Below, one piece after another: positions 38,134 to 46,425 of a stretch of 64,000 nucleotides of DNA (positions within the stretch are counted from its first letter, which is position 1; each line of letters starts with the position of its first letter). The position numbers and the translations under genes are program-made. The notes beneath the pieces were generated by a model. The model searched no databases and had not been told where the DNA came from. It worked only from the letters and a program-made list of their open reading frames with translations. Source of the DNA: a virus; the IMG/VR virus record IMGVR_UViG_3300042013_000061, positions 32,001-96,000 of that record. One strand, given 5' to 3'.

Positions 38134-38696
38134 TTTTTCCTGAAAGGCGGTTCCCGGTTAAATGCTTCGCCATACGCGCTATTTACATTATAACTGCCGT
38201 CGTTTTTATCGTAGTCTTTGTATGCACTCGGCCACGCCTGAATTGAATCAGGAATATACGGGTTTGGATTCGGTGGATAGAACGCGTCACGATTTGCGGC
38301 GTCGATGGATTCGCGATAGCTGATATCCAGTTGAACTGCGCAGTCGATTTCTTCCAGCCACTTAATGAATTCGTACATGACCGGAGGCGCCCAGTTAACA
38401 GGGAACATCCGCTGCCAAACATTTGGCCGATGCGCAAGCAGATAGCGCTTCAGGCTGTCTTTCAAAAACGTGTAATCGACGAATTCGATCACGTAAGCGC
38501 AACTGCCGTGATACAGGATTTCATTCAGCAGCAAAAACGTATGCGATTTCTTATCGAAGTTTCCTTCGGTGTGAACCTGCTGCATGCTGTTGAACATTGT
38601 GTATTTATTCGTATCGCCCTGAATCGCGATGATCGGAATAAACGGCGTAGGTTTCCACGACATACCGTCAGCGGGAGTTTCTTTAATTTCGTCCAT
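38121..38696 (-). CDS. hypothetical protein
   Basis: 191-aa coupled ORF. Confidence 0.7.
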   Translation of the reverse strand: MDEIKETPADGMSWKPTPFIPIIAIQGDTNKYTMFNSMQQVHTEGNFDKKSHTFLLLNEILYHGSCAYVIEFVDYTFLKDSLKRYLLAHRPNVWQRMFPVNWAPPVMYEFIKWLEEIDCAVQLDISYRESIDAANRDAFYPPNPNPYIPDSIQAWPSAYKDYDKNDGSYNVNSAYGEAFNREPPFRKKWEK

Positions 38697-39043
38697 TAAC
38701 CTTTATCCTTGTCGTACCAATAGGAAGACGCTCGGGCGGGCGGTGGATTTGCACGCGCCTGACTTTCAGGATAAATCAGGAGAATATTTCGCACGTCGTA
38801 AACGTATTTGTAAATGGCTTCGAACACTTCGACAGGAACACGCGTGGTCACAATCAAAAGCGATTCAGGATCGCGACTGAGACGCTCAAGATGTTCGAAT
38901 GCGTCTTGTGCATGGCGGACGATTACGGAATCCGCACTCTGCATTTTATTCAGGCCATAACCGGCCATGACAATGCCGGTGCCTTCGATGGATTCAGTGC
39001 TGCGAATATGCAGGTTGATTACTTTCATGCGGTTTGACTCCAA
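38696..39043 (-). CDS. hypothetical protein
   Basis: Coupled ORF; the start may be the second Met. Confidence 0.65.
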   Translation of the reverse strand: MESNRMKVINLHIRSTESIEGTGIVMAGYGLNKMQSADSVIVRHAQDAFEHLERLSRDPESLLIVTTRVPVEVFEAIYKYVYDVRNILLIYPESQARANPPPARASSYWYDKDKG

Positions 39044-39354
39044 ACAAAATCACGTTGAAATGGTGTGAGTTGAAACACGACAGCCGCACCCAACGCCATC
39101 AGTTCGAAAACCACACGACGGATGAACTGAATGTCGAGGCCCATGAAATAGACTTCGACGTAATCATTGGCATTCGTGTATTCCACAACCTGCTCATGGA
39201 ATTCTGTCAGGTCATCGCTTGCGCGCCCCGCCTGAAGAACCACCAAATGGCTTTGGTCGTATTGCAGCTTCGTCCCTTCGAAAAACTCTGCAATTTCTGC
39301 ATTGTTCTTGAGAGCCGACATATCTTCCGTTGAATACACGAATGCCGTTTTCAT
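39025..39354 (-). CDS. hypothetical protein
   Basis: 109 aa; ATGA overlap. Confidence 0.7.
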   Translation of the reverse strand: MKTAFVYSTEDMSALKNNAEIAEFFEGTKLQYDQSHLVVLQAGRASDDLTEFHEQVVEYTNANDYVEVYFMGLDIQFIRRVVFELMALGAAVVFQLTPFQRDFVWSQTA

Positions 39355-39902
39355 AACGATACCTGTTCGGGTTTGGTTAAGACAATGACCAGCTTCACCA
39401 GATTGGTATACATATAACCGGCTTGGTCAATGTCTTCCACAATCAGGGCCGCTGATTTGTCGAGTGTTTGCACTTGGTGCAGGAATTCATAGAACGGTTT
39501 CATGATCGCTTCTATGAACGCTTTTCGCTCAGCTTGCGCGCCAATGCCTTTCAGATGGTGCCCGAATTCTGAAAGCAAATAGTCACGCAAATTGCTAAGT
39601 GTTTTTTCCATTGCACTGCTGATCTTTACACACTGGCCGCGAATCTCTGTGCAGCGTGAACGTGTGGACTGATCTTGCAGCATGGAATCCAGAACCTTTT
39701 CGGGGAACTGGCGCATTGAATTTTTCTTGCGGCGTAATTCGCGAGTTTGCCGAGTCATGTGGAGCATTTGTAGCTCTTCATGGAAGGCGTCAAAATTAAT
39801 CGCATAGGCCGGGTTTCTTTCGAACATTTCAAGGAACTGCATGTAACGCTTGTTCTTCTTGATTACCCGGCGCAGCGCTTTAATCTCTTCGCGACTACTC
39901 AT
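39351..39902 (-). CDS. helical protein, possibly a UvsY-like recombination mediator
   Basis: All-alpha; C-terminal IVEDIDQAGY...NLVK resembles the UvsY tail. Confidence 0.45.
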   Translation of the reverse strand: MSSREEIKALRRVIKKNKRYMQFLEMFERNPAYAINFDAFHEELQMLHMTRQTRELRRKKNSMRQFPEKVLDSMLQDQSTRSRCTEIRGQCVKISSAMEKTLSNLRDYLLSEFGHHLKGIGAQAERKAFIEAIMKPFYEFLHQVQTLDKSAALIVEDIDQAGYMYTNLVKLVIVLTKPEQVSL

Positions 39903-40218
39903 TCACATCACGCAAGCGGGCGTTGTAGTGTTCGGCCAAGGCTTCACACGATGCAGCAATTTGCATAACCATGTCTTTTTTCAGGTCGCACAAATTGTCA
40001 AAGTTTGGTTCACCAAACGGGAACATTTGCCAGTAGTCCGCGTACCAGCTTTCAACTTCCGTCATGTCCTGCAAATCCACGATGGCGGCTGCGTACATGT
40101 TGCGGCGGTCGTTGCTTACGTTGATCCATTCAACCGGCGAATGGTCAAAGATCAATTCGATTCCTGACAATGAGTGGTGCAGGAAAATGCAGTTCGATAA
40201 ATGCGTGAATGTTTTCAT
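39895..40218 (-). CDS. hypothetical protein
   Basis: 107 aa; GGAG RBS; ATGA overlap. Confidence 0.7.
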   Translation of the reverse strand: MKTFTHLSNCIFLHHSLSGIELIFDHSPVEWINVSNDRRNMYAAAIVDLQDMTEVESWYADYWQMFPFGEPNFDNLCDLKKDMVMQIAASCEALAEHYNARLRDVNE

Positions 40219-40670
40219 GACGGCTCCGTCACAAGATATGGAGAGGGCGCATTGCCGCTAATAGCCAAGATCGCACCAGTGCTTGTCTTGAGTATTAACA
40301 GTTTTTGCTTATCCGACGTTAAAGGCTGCTGGACGTAATCGTACAGTTCCTTTTTGTTGCACTTCACAATCAAACGATGGTCGGCCAGTTTGACTTTCGA
40401 CGTATCTGTTACAACGAACAGATGGCCGTAGATTGAACCGCGACCATTGACGAAATTGTACATCTTGCAGAACCGATTTAAGATCGTCGGATTCTGGTAA
40501 TCAATCTGCATCGGTGTGTTTACCAACTTGCGGAAAAACAAACCGATATGGTGGCCGTCATGTGCGGCCCCCAAGTCTTCAAACGTGTCTACTTTGCGAA
40601 CAGTATGTGTGAACGTATCCGCGAGACTGAAAATCGGACTTACATCACTTCGCTTCATCATAAGTGCCAA
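40215..40670 (-). CDS. hypothetical protein
   Basis: ~150-aa coupled ORF; exact start uncertain. Confidence 0.65.
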   Translation of the reverse strand: MALMMKRSDVSPIFSLADTFTHTVRKVDTFEDLGAAHDGHHIGLFFRKLVNTPMQIDYQNPTILNRFCKMYNFVNGRGSIYGHLFVVTDTSKVKLADHRLIVKCNKKELYDYVQQPLTSDKQKLLILKTSTGAILAISGNAPSPYLVTEPS

Positions 40671-41802
40671 CCAATGTCAGCGTACCATCGTCCGTTTTTG
40701 TGATGAACCGGTAGGTGGACATTGCAGCCGGAATTTTGTAGAAGTTCATATTGATTTCCATGTCTTTCGCCTTGTTAAACAAGTCCATGAAAATGCGCGG
40801 GTCTACACGAATCTGTAGAGGCTTGCCGGTTGTTTCGGCTTTGAATTTATCCGATACCTTACCGCCTTTGCCCTGCACGTGCATATTCACAACGCCGTCA
40901 GCGATTGCGATAGCCATCCGCGTTTCACCGTCAGTCAGAACCGCCATGTTCGAAACGGTAGCAACTGCTTTCGTATCGAATTTCATTGTCGTGCGCGGTT
41001 TCAAATCATCCAGACTTTTGTTGTACTGAAGCGCCATTGTGTAATGACCTTCTTCCAACTGCGTTTCTGGAATCGACACGGTGAATTCTGGACTCGATAC
41101 GCGGAACCGTCCGCCACTTGTCGAGAACGCCACTTCGTCGCTTTCAATGAATTTGTCGATCACCGTAAACGCTTTTGCAGGCAGGGCCATACGCATCGGT
41201 GTTTTGTTTTTCACTTTGGTACGGTACAGTGCGACATGGTGTTCATCGTAGCAGTAAACACGCATGATTTTTTCACCGATATCAAAGATCACCGGCAGTT
41301 CGGTTTTCGCATAGAAATCGGTGATGTTCACACGGCGCACAGCAGCCAGCAAACGTTCGACAATCGCTTTATCCATCGGCGGGGTTTTGTCCCCGGTCAA
41401 TTGATGTTCCAGCATGCGGATATCGTCAGCGTCGAATTCCATAGCGTCCAAATGCGCTTCGAAATTCCCCTTCTTTTCTTTGAATGCGATCTTACCGCCA
41501 CCGGTTTTGAAATTGCATTCAGTTCGTGCTTTCAACAGGCCGGTCAGCGTGTTGGCATCGACACGAATTGTCCCGGCTTTTTTCACTTCACCGGAAATCT
41601 TCATAGACGCCAGCGCATCGGTGGAAGTACCAATGAGATACACGCCGTCAATCTTTTTACCTTCACCTTTCACCGCTGCGATAACAAATTTCGTATCGTC
41701 GGATTTGGTGTAGGTTGTCACGCCGTTAATCTTTGTGAAACCCGTTGCGATATCCTTGCCGGACGCGCTGAATTCCAGTTCGTTACCTTCGATTAATTTC
41801 AT
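40645..41802 (-). CDS. dnaN: DNA sliding clamp (Pol III beta-like)
   Basis: 385 aa with three repeated alpha/beta domains; D.HHVALY and IRVDPRIFMDLF echo DnaN motifs; two genes downstream of the polymerase. Confidence 0.65.
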   Translation of the reverse strand: MKLIEGNELEFSASGKDIATGFTKINGVTTYTKSDDTKFVIAAVKGEGKKIDGVYLIGTSTDALASMKISGEVKKAGTIRVDANTLTGLLKARTECNFKTGGGKIAFKEKKGNFEAHLDAMEFDADDIRMLEHQLTGDKTPPMDKAIVERLLAAVRRVNITDFYAKTELPVIFDIGEKIMRVYCYDEHHVALYRTKVKNKTPMRMALPAKAFTVIDKFIESDEVAFSTSGGRFRVSSPEFTVSIPETQLEEGHYTMALQYNKSLDDLKPRTTMKFDTKAVATVSNMAVLTDGETRMAIAIADGVVNMHVQGKGGKVSDKFKAETTGKPLQIRVDPRIFMDLFNKAKDMEINMNFYKIPAAMSTYRFITKTDDGTLTLVGTYDEAK

Positions 41803-42155
41803 TGCACTGTGTATCCTACAAGTTCGGCATGGTTATACGGGTGCAGCGTGAGTTCAAGGTGATGCTGCCCGGTATCGTCGAGCAACACTTTGTAATTCCA
41901 CAAAACGTTTACCTTGAATTCCACAACTGCAACCGCTTCCATATTTTTTATCAAAGTGTCGAGGAAAGCATCGTCCACATAAACTTTTGAAATGCCGTGA
42001 TGAACGTTAAGAACAAAACCTTGAATGAATCCGACAAAATCCTCAATCAGCGGATCGTGCGGACTCATTCCCCCGTGCATATCGACAACCACATTGACGA
42101 TTCTCGGCACGCCCTGCATAAAAGCTTCGTCGGGTATTTCGGTTAATGTGCCCAT
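41799..42155 (-). CDS. hypothetical protein (weak resemblance to the sheath C-terminal domain)
   Basis: 118 aa; LWNYKVLLDD..HLELTLHP..AELVGYT. Confidence 0.65.
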   Translation of the reverse strand: MGTLTEIPDEAFMQGVPRIVNVVVDMHGGMSPHDPLIEDFVGFIQGFVLNVHHGISKVYVDDAFLDTLIKNMEAVAVVEFKVNVLWNYKVLLDDTGQHHLELTLHPYNHAELVGYTVQ

Positions 42156-42165
42156 GCTTTTTCCC

Positions 42166-45100
42166 TTATCCTTTGGACAGGCGTTTCTGCGGCTTCGCTA
42201 GTTTGATCGGGTCTTTATCTTTCGCAATCTTTTTCTTCTTGCCCGGAATTGCGATTGGATCGTCCACGCCTTGTTTAATCAGGAATGCACGTTGCTTGAT
42301 TGCCCACGACGGGCCTTCGTCGAATTTGCTGTGCAGTGCGCGCAGCGTATCGTTAACATCCAAATCGTAACCGAGTTCCGAATTCATCCCCTCAATCGCT
42401 TCACGCAACAACAGGTCGAGGCTGTCTTTTTCTTTGATCGGATATTTACCGGTCAGTGCCATGTTCCAACCGCCGCACTGATCCAACGAGAAACCAAAGT
42501 CAAAGTCGATTTCCAACGGGATTTCGAATGTGAAATTGTGACGCTCTTTCGAGATTTTCGCTACGTCGTAAGTCAGACCTTTTTCGATCATGTCCACGGC
42601 CAGCCAGAAGTCTTCAAATGCACAGGAGAATTCAAGGGAGTCGTGTACGCTGTTGGCCTGTACAAAGTCCGGGTAATGTCCGGTCTTTTGGTAGTATTCG
42701 AAACGACGTTTTTCAATGCAACGTGCGCCGGTCATCATGAAGTCGGAACCCATGCCCTGTACCGGTGAGTTTACAGATTGCCGCTCGTTACGCGAAATGA
42801 TGTTGCCCGCGTCTTCGTGCGATTGCGGAGTCAGGAAACCCCACAGGTTACGGCGGCGACCGAGTGGCGATTCAACGTACAGGAATTCACGAGCGTGAGC
42901 TTTGGCTTTATCAAACCAGCCAGCACCAACCGGGAAACGTTTAAAGAATTTCGCAGTCAAATCACGAACCATTTCCACGGTCGCGTCAATCGACTTCGCT
43001 GTACCCTTTTCACCCTGTTGGTAAATCAGTCCGAAAATTACCTGCTTAACGCTGTTCCGTTTTGGCTTGTCGATCTTGTCGATATCCATACGGAAGAAGT
43101 ACGCAGCGTTAATTTTGTGTACGTCACCTTTCAGTTCAATATCTTGCGCCAATTCAATCGTCGGCGTTTTCTTGAACTTCTCACGCAGAACCAGACCTTC
43201 ACGGAATACTGCTGCCACCTCTTTGTCACCAGAGATAAGCGACCAGCCGCGAACTTCGTGTGCCGCGTAGTCCACCTTAATAAATATTCGACCTTTCGGC
43301 GTAATAAACAAACGCTTAATCAGTTTACCCATTGCCGAACGTGACGGGATTGTTTGCAGTGTTGGGTCACGTGCCGAAGTACGGCCTGTCACCACGTCGA
43401 GATAACCGAAGCGCGGACGCATGCAACGGTCGGAACGGAAGTCATCATCTTCGCCCCACTTGAGAATAAAGCTCTTCACATACGAGTTGTAAAGTTTCTC
43501 AATTTTCGACAGTTCCGAGAACAACTTAATCTCGGGAACATCTGCATACTTCTTCTGGAAATCTTTGTCGATCTTGCCTTCGCCTTTCTTGTTTAACAGG
43601 ATAGGTTTCAGGCCGAGGACTTTGAAGAACAGAAGCTGTTTGTGGTCGGACTTGTTGATCTTGAAAATCTTCAGGTTCGACCGGCCAAACATTCCCATGC
43701 TTGGAGCGCCGTTCTGTTTCGCCAGAAGTTTGTTTGCCTTTCTGACGCCTTCGGATTCGTACAGCAGTTTCGTAACGCGGTTTTTCTCTTGAACAATTTT
43801 CGAATCTTTCGACTTGAGTTTGAACAGCCAGTCAATGTCGAGATACGAACCGTTAAATTCAAGGTTGCTCAGCGTGTGAATCTGATCGCTAAGCTGCTCG
43901 GAAACCAGCGACTCATATTTCTTAAAGCCGATTGTCTTACCGAGTTTTAATTGCAGCTTTTGAATGTGCAGCAGCGTGATTACGTCGAGCGCCATGTACG
44001 TTAACACTGGCCCTTCCAAATCTTCGTCCGCAATGAACGCCCGGTTTTCTTTACCGAAGTCGGATTCGTAATATGCACGACAGCCGTACTGCATACAGAT
44101 ATTCAACAGGGAATAATAGTTACGCCCGGTTACTGTCTGGATTGCTTTGTGGTTTTCATCCTTGCCGAATTCCGCAGAGATAACACACCACAGATTCGCT
44201 TTGAAGAACCGCACGCCCAAGTCACGACGCGCACCAATCAGGTCGAACGCTGCGTTGGCATAGAGGTTGTATTTGTTCTTCGATTCCCACTCGAAATAAT
44301 CGCGAAGTTTCTTCTTGATGTATTTGAGTTCTTTCGGGAGCCACGGCGAATCTTTATGCAGGAACGGCAGAATGTATGCCCGTCCGGTTTCCGTTGCGAA
44401 CTGCCAAGTTACCGTGTGGTTTTTACGACGGTTCAGGTTCCGGGTTTCCGTATCAATCGAAACGATTTCCGCTTCAACGATATCCTTGTACATTTTGTCG
44501 AACTTTTTAATCGTATCGACCATGACGATATCGTATTTGAGCTTCGGCACTTTGTACATCAGTTCGCCGTCGTTCAAACAGGTCGTCAAGTTGCGCGCCA
44601 CGTAACCAGCAGCCGCCATCGTTTCGTCATTCTTCTGCAAGCTACGCAGACTCAATGTCGAGACGTGATTAAACTTGTGAACTTTCCCTTTGTATTCCAG
44701 TTTGGTTTTGATCGGAACGCCGTAGAAGTGCTGCCACTGCACACCCTTTTTGCCGGTGTGTTGCGAAATGAATTCGCCGTTCAATGCCTTCGTTGGGTCT
44801 TGTCCAAACGTCACCACAGTATCAGGTTTGTAAACGCTGATAATGTATTCCAAACGCTTCTTGAATTCTGCTGCTGCAATTTCCAAGAAGGCAGGCGCAC
44901 CGCCCATTGTTTTCATGCTGTTATAACTGACGGCCATCCAGTTATAATCATCCAGCTTATTTGGTGCGTGATAATATTCTTCAGCACACCACATCAGATT
45001 GCGCAACAGTTCCCCGGTCGCACCATCAAACAGCTTGTTACGACGCATTGCCTCACCGGGCATTGAATCCAAAACAAACAGGATTTTTCCACGTGCATTC

Positions 45101-45255
45101 TTCGTCACGTGTTTGGGCAATTCGACTTTATCAAATCCCACAACGTCATAAGGCTTTACCGCCTTACTATACTTGTGGGTGAATTCCACATAATCAAACT
45201 TCATAGGGTAGTGTCCGGTATAGAAAACCTTCCCGTGGTATTTACAGTTTTCCAT
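42166..45255 (-). CDS. polA: family A DNA polymerase with N-terminal UDG-like domain and 3'-5' exonuclease
   Basis: ExoI DTET, ExoII NAAFD, ExoIII YMALD, TGRTS, motif A DYAAHEVR, motif B R...K...FGLIY, motif C VHDS; true start may be 45204. Confidence 0.93.
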   Translation of the reverse strand: MENCKYHGKVFYTGHYPMKFDYVEFTHKYSKAVKPYDVVGFDKVELPKHVTKNARGKILFVLDSMPGEAMRRNKLFDGATGELLRNLMWCAEEYYHAPNKLDDYNWMAVSYNSMKTMGGAPAFLEIAAAEFKKRLEYIISVYKPDTVVTFGQDPTKALNGEFISQHTGKKGVQWQHFYGVPIKTKLEYKGKVHKFNHVSTLSLRSLQKNDETMAAAGYVARNLTTCLNDGELMYKVPKLKYDIVMVDTIKKFDKMYKDIVEAEIVSIDTETRNLNRRKNHTVTWQFATETGRAYILPFLHKDSPWLPKELKYIKKKLRDYFEWESKNKYNLYANAAFDLIGARRDLGVRFFKANLWCVISAEFGKDENHKAIQTVTGRNYYSLLNICMQYGCRAYYESDFGKENRAFIADEDLEGPVLTYMALDVITLLHIQKLQLKLGKTIGFKKYESLVSEQLSDQIHTLSNLEFNGSYLDIDWLFKLKSKDSKIVQEKNRVTKLLYESEGVRKANKLLAKQNGAPSMGMFGRSNLKIFKINKSDHKQLLFFKVLGLKPILLNKKGEGKIDKDFQKKYADVPEIKLFSELSKIEKLYNSYVKSFILKWGEDDDFRSDRCMRPRFGYLDVVTGRTSARDPTLQTIPSRSAMGKLIKRLFITPKGRIFIKVDYAAHEVRGWSLISGDKEVAAVFREGLVLREKFKKTPTIELAQDIELKGDVHKINAAYFFRMDIDKIDKPKRNSVKQVIFGLIYQQGEKGTAKSIDATVEMVRDLTAKFFKRFPVGAGWFDKAKAHAREFLYVESPLGRRRNLWGFLTPQSHEDAGNIISRNERQSVNSPVQGMGSDFMMTGARCIEKRRFEYYQKTGHYPDFVQANSVHDSLEFSCAFEDFWLAVDMIEKGLTYDVAKISKERHNFTFEIPLEIDFDFGFSLDQCGGWNMALTGKYPIKEKDSLDLLLREAIEGMNSELGYDLDVNDTLRALHSKFDEGPSWAIKQRAFLIKQGVDDPIAIPGKKKKIAKDKDPIKLAKPQKRLSKG

Positions 45256-45261
45256 AGAACG

Positions 45262-45297
45262 AAAAAACCCGCCAATCCAATGAGGAAAGGCGGGTTT
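45262..45297 (-). terminator. rho-independent terminator (near copy of 59993..60028)
   Basis: AAACCCGCC/GGCGGGTTT stem plus T-run. Confidence 0.8.
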
Positions 45298-45299
45298 GA

Positions 45300-45782
45300 T
45301 TAACCGAACAGATTCACAAGGCGCATGAAATCGGTCATACGGTCATAGTTTTCTTCAGGTGTTTCGTAAGCGATCCACGCCCGACGCATTGCGCCAAGGT
45401 GTTGTGTCGCCAACGCGGGAACGCCGAGCCGTGTATAGACTTGCCAATTAATCGGCAACTCGTAAACGGATTCTGTGCCGCCAGAAAGTACCACCTTCAC
45501 TGGATGCTCAGGACGTGCATCAACAAATCCAATAAATCGCGGATTGTCTTTCCACATCAAAAGACTGACTTCGGTATCAGGCACGTCAACGGTTGTGATT
45601 GGCATGGTTAGCCCGTCAATCCGTGCGCCTTCAAATTCGCCAGAACCTAATCCGAAATAACCCATGAAATCCGAAGATGCGTGGCCCGGTACAAGCTCTT
45701 TAAAGTTTGTAGTCAGGATATGGTAATGATGCCCACGCAATTTCAGATATGCAAAGTGCAGATGAATTTCACTCTTGTGCAT
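45300..45782 (-). CDS. hypothetical protein
   Basis: 160 aa from MHKSE. Confidence 0.7.
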   Translation of the reverse strand: MHKSEIHLHFAYLKLRGHHYHILTTNFKELVPGHASSDFMGYFGLGSGEFEGARIDGLTMPITTVDVPDTEVSLLMWKDNPRFIGFVDARPEHPVKVVLSGGTESVYELPINWQVYTRLGVPALATQHLGAMRRAWIAYETPEENYDRMTDFMRLVNLFG

Positions 45783-46176
45783 CGTCGTCTGCCCCCGGTT
45801 CTTCAACCGGCTGCGATTTCACTTGAGACTGCTGCACATTTTGTTTCGCAGGGTTTTGATTTTGTTGCGGGGCCACGACAGGTGCCGGTGCTTTTGCTTT
45901 CACTTGAGTGCGCAGCAATTCAGCCGCTTTCTCAGGGGAAAGTTTGCGATGGTTAACCAGTTTTTTATCCCAATACATTCCTTTCGGAAGTTTGGCAGTC
46001 ACGTGGAACGGCAGACCGTTGGTAGGAACGCCGGGGCAGAAAGAATCATCGCGCTCGAAAGCTTTCATTGCGAGAATACTATCGGTGCTCCAAATCCCGT
46101 CAATTGGCCCTTTGTAAAAGCCAAGAAAGGCGAGGACTAATTGTTGGGCGCTCAGTTCGATTTGACTTGTTTGCAT
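45769..46176 (-). CDS. peptidoglycan-binding domain protein (no catalytic domain seen)
   Basis: QLVLAFLGFYKGPIDGIWS.DS..AMKAFE fits PG_binding_1; GGAG RBS before MQTSQ. Confidence 0.65.
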   Translation of the reverse strand: MQTSQIELSAQQLVLAFLGFYKGPIDGIWSTDSILAMKAFERDDSFCPGVPTNGLPFHVTAKLPKGMYWDKKLVNHRKLSPEKAAELLRTQVKAKAPAPVVAPQQNQNPAKQNVQQSQVKSQPVEEPGADDDAQE

Positions 46177-46384
46177 TTCTTTTCTCCAAAATCCAATGCC
46201 CGGTTCGATCATCCCACACATGGTTGGGGCCGGGTGGGCCTGCAAGCGGATGCGTGCGACCATTTAAAAGGTGCGCAGGAATATAATCAGGGCCGGGAAT
46301 TCCCGGTTGACCTTCAGGGCCAGTTGGCATACCCGCCCAATAACGCGCCGGGCCGTCGTCACCTTCATATCGCGGATGGCACAT
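46100..46384 (-). CDS. small Gly/Pro-rich hypothetical protein
   Basis: GGAG RBS; short G-x-y run (GPEGQPGIPGP); overlaps the next gene by 77 nt. Confidence 0.45.
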   Translation of the reverse strand: MCHPRYEGDDGPARYWAGMPTGPEGQPGIPGPDYIPAHLLNGRTHPLAGPPGPNHVWDDRTGHWILEKRNANKSNRTERPTISPRLSWLLQRAN

Positions 46385-46394
46385 TTAATTCTCC

Positions 46395-46419
46395 AAAAGA
46401 AAAGGGCCGTCCGTGGCCC
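46395..46419 (-). terminator. rho-independent terminator
   Basis: GGGCC/GGCCC stem plus T-rich tail after the SNF2-like gene. Confidence 0.65.
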
Positions 46420-46425
46420 ATAATC

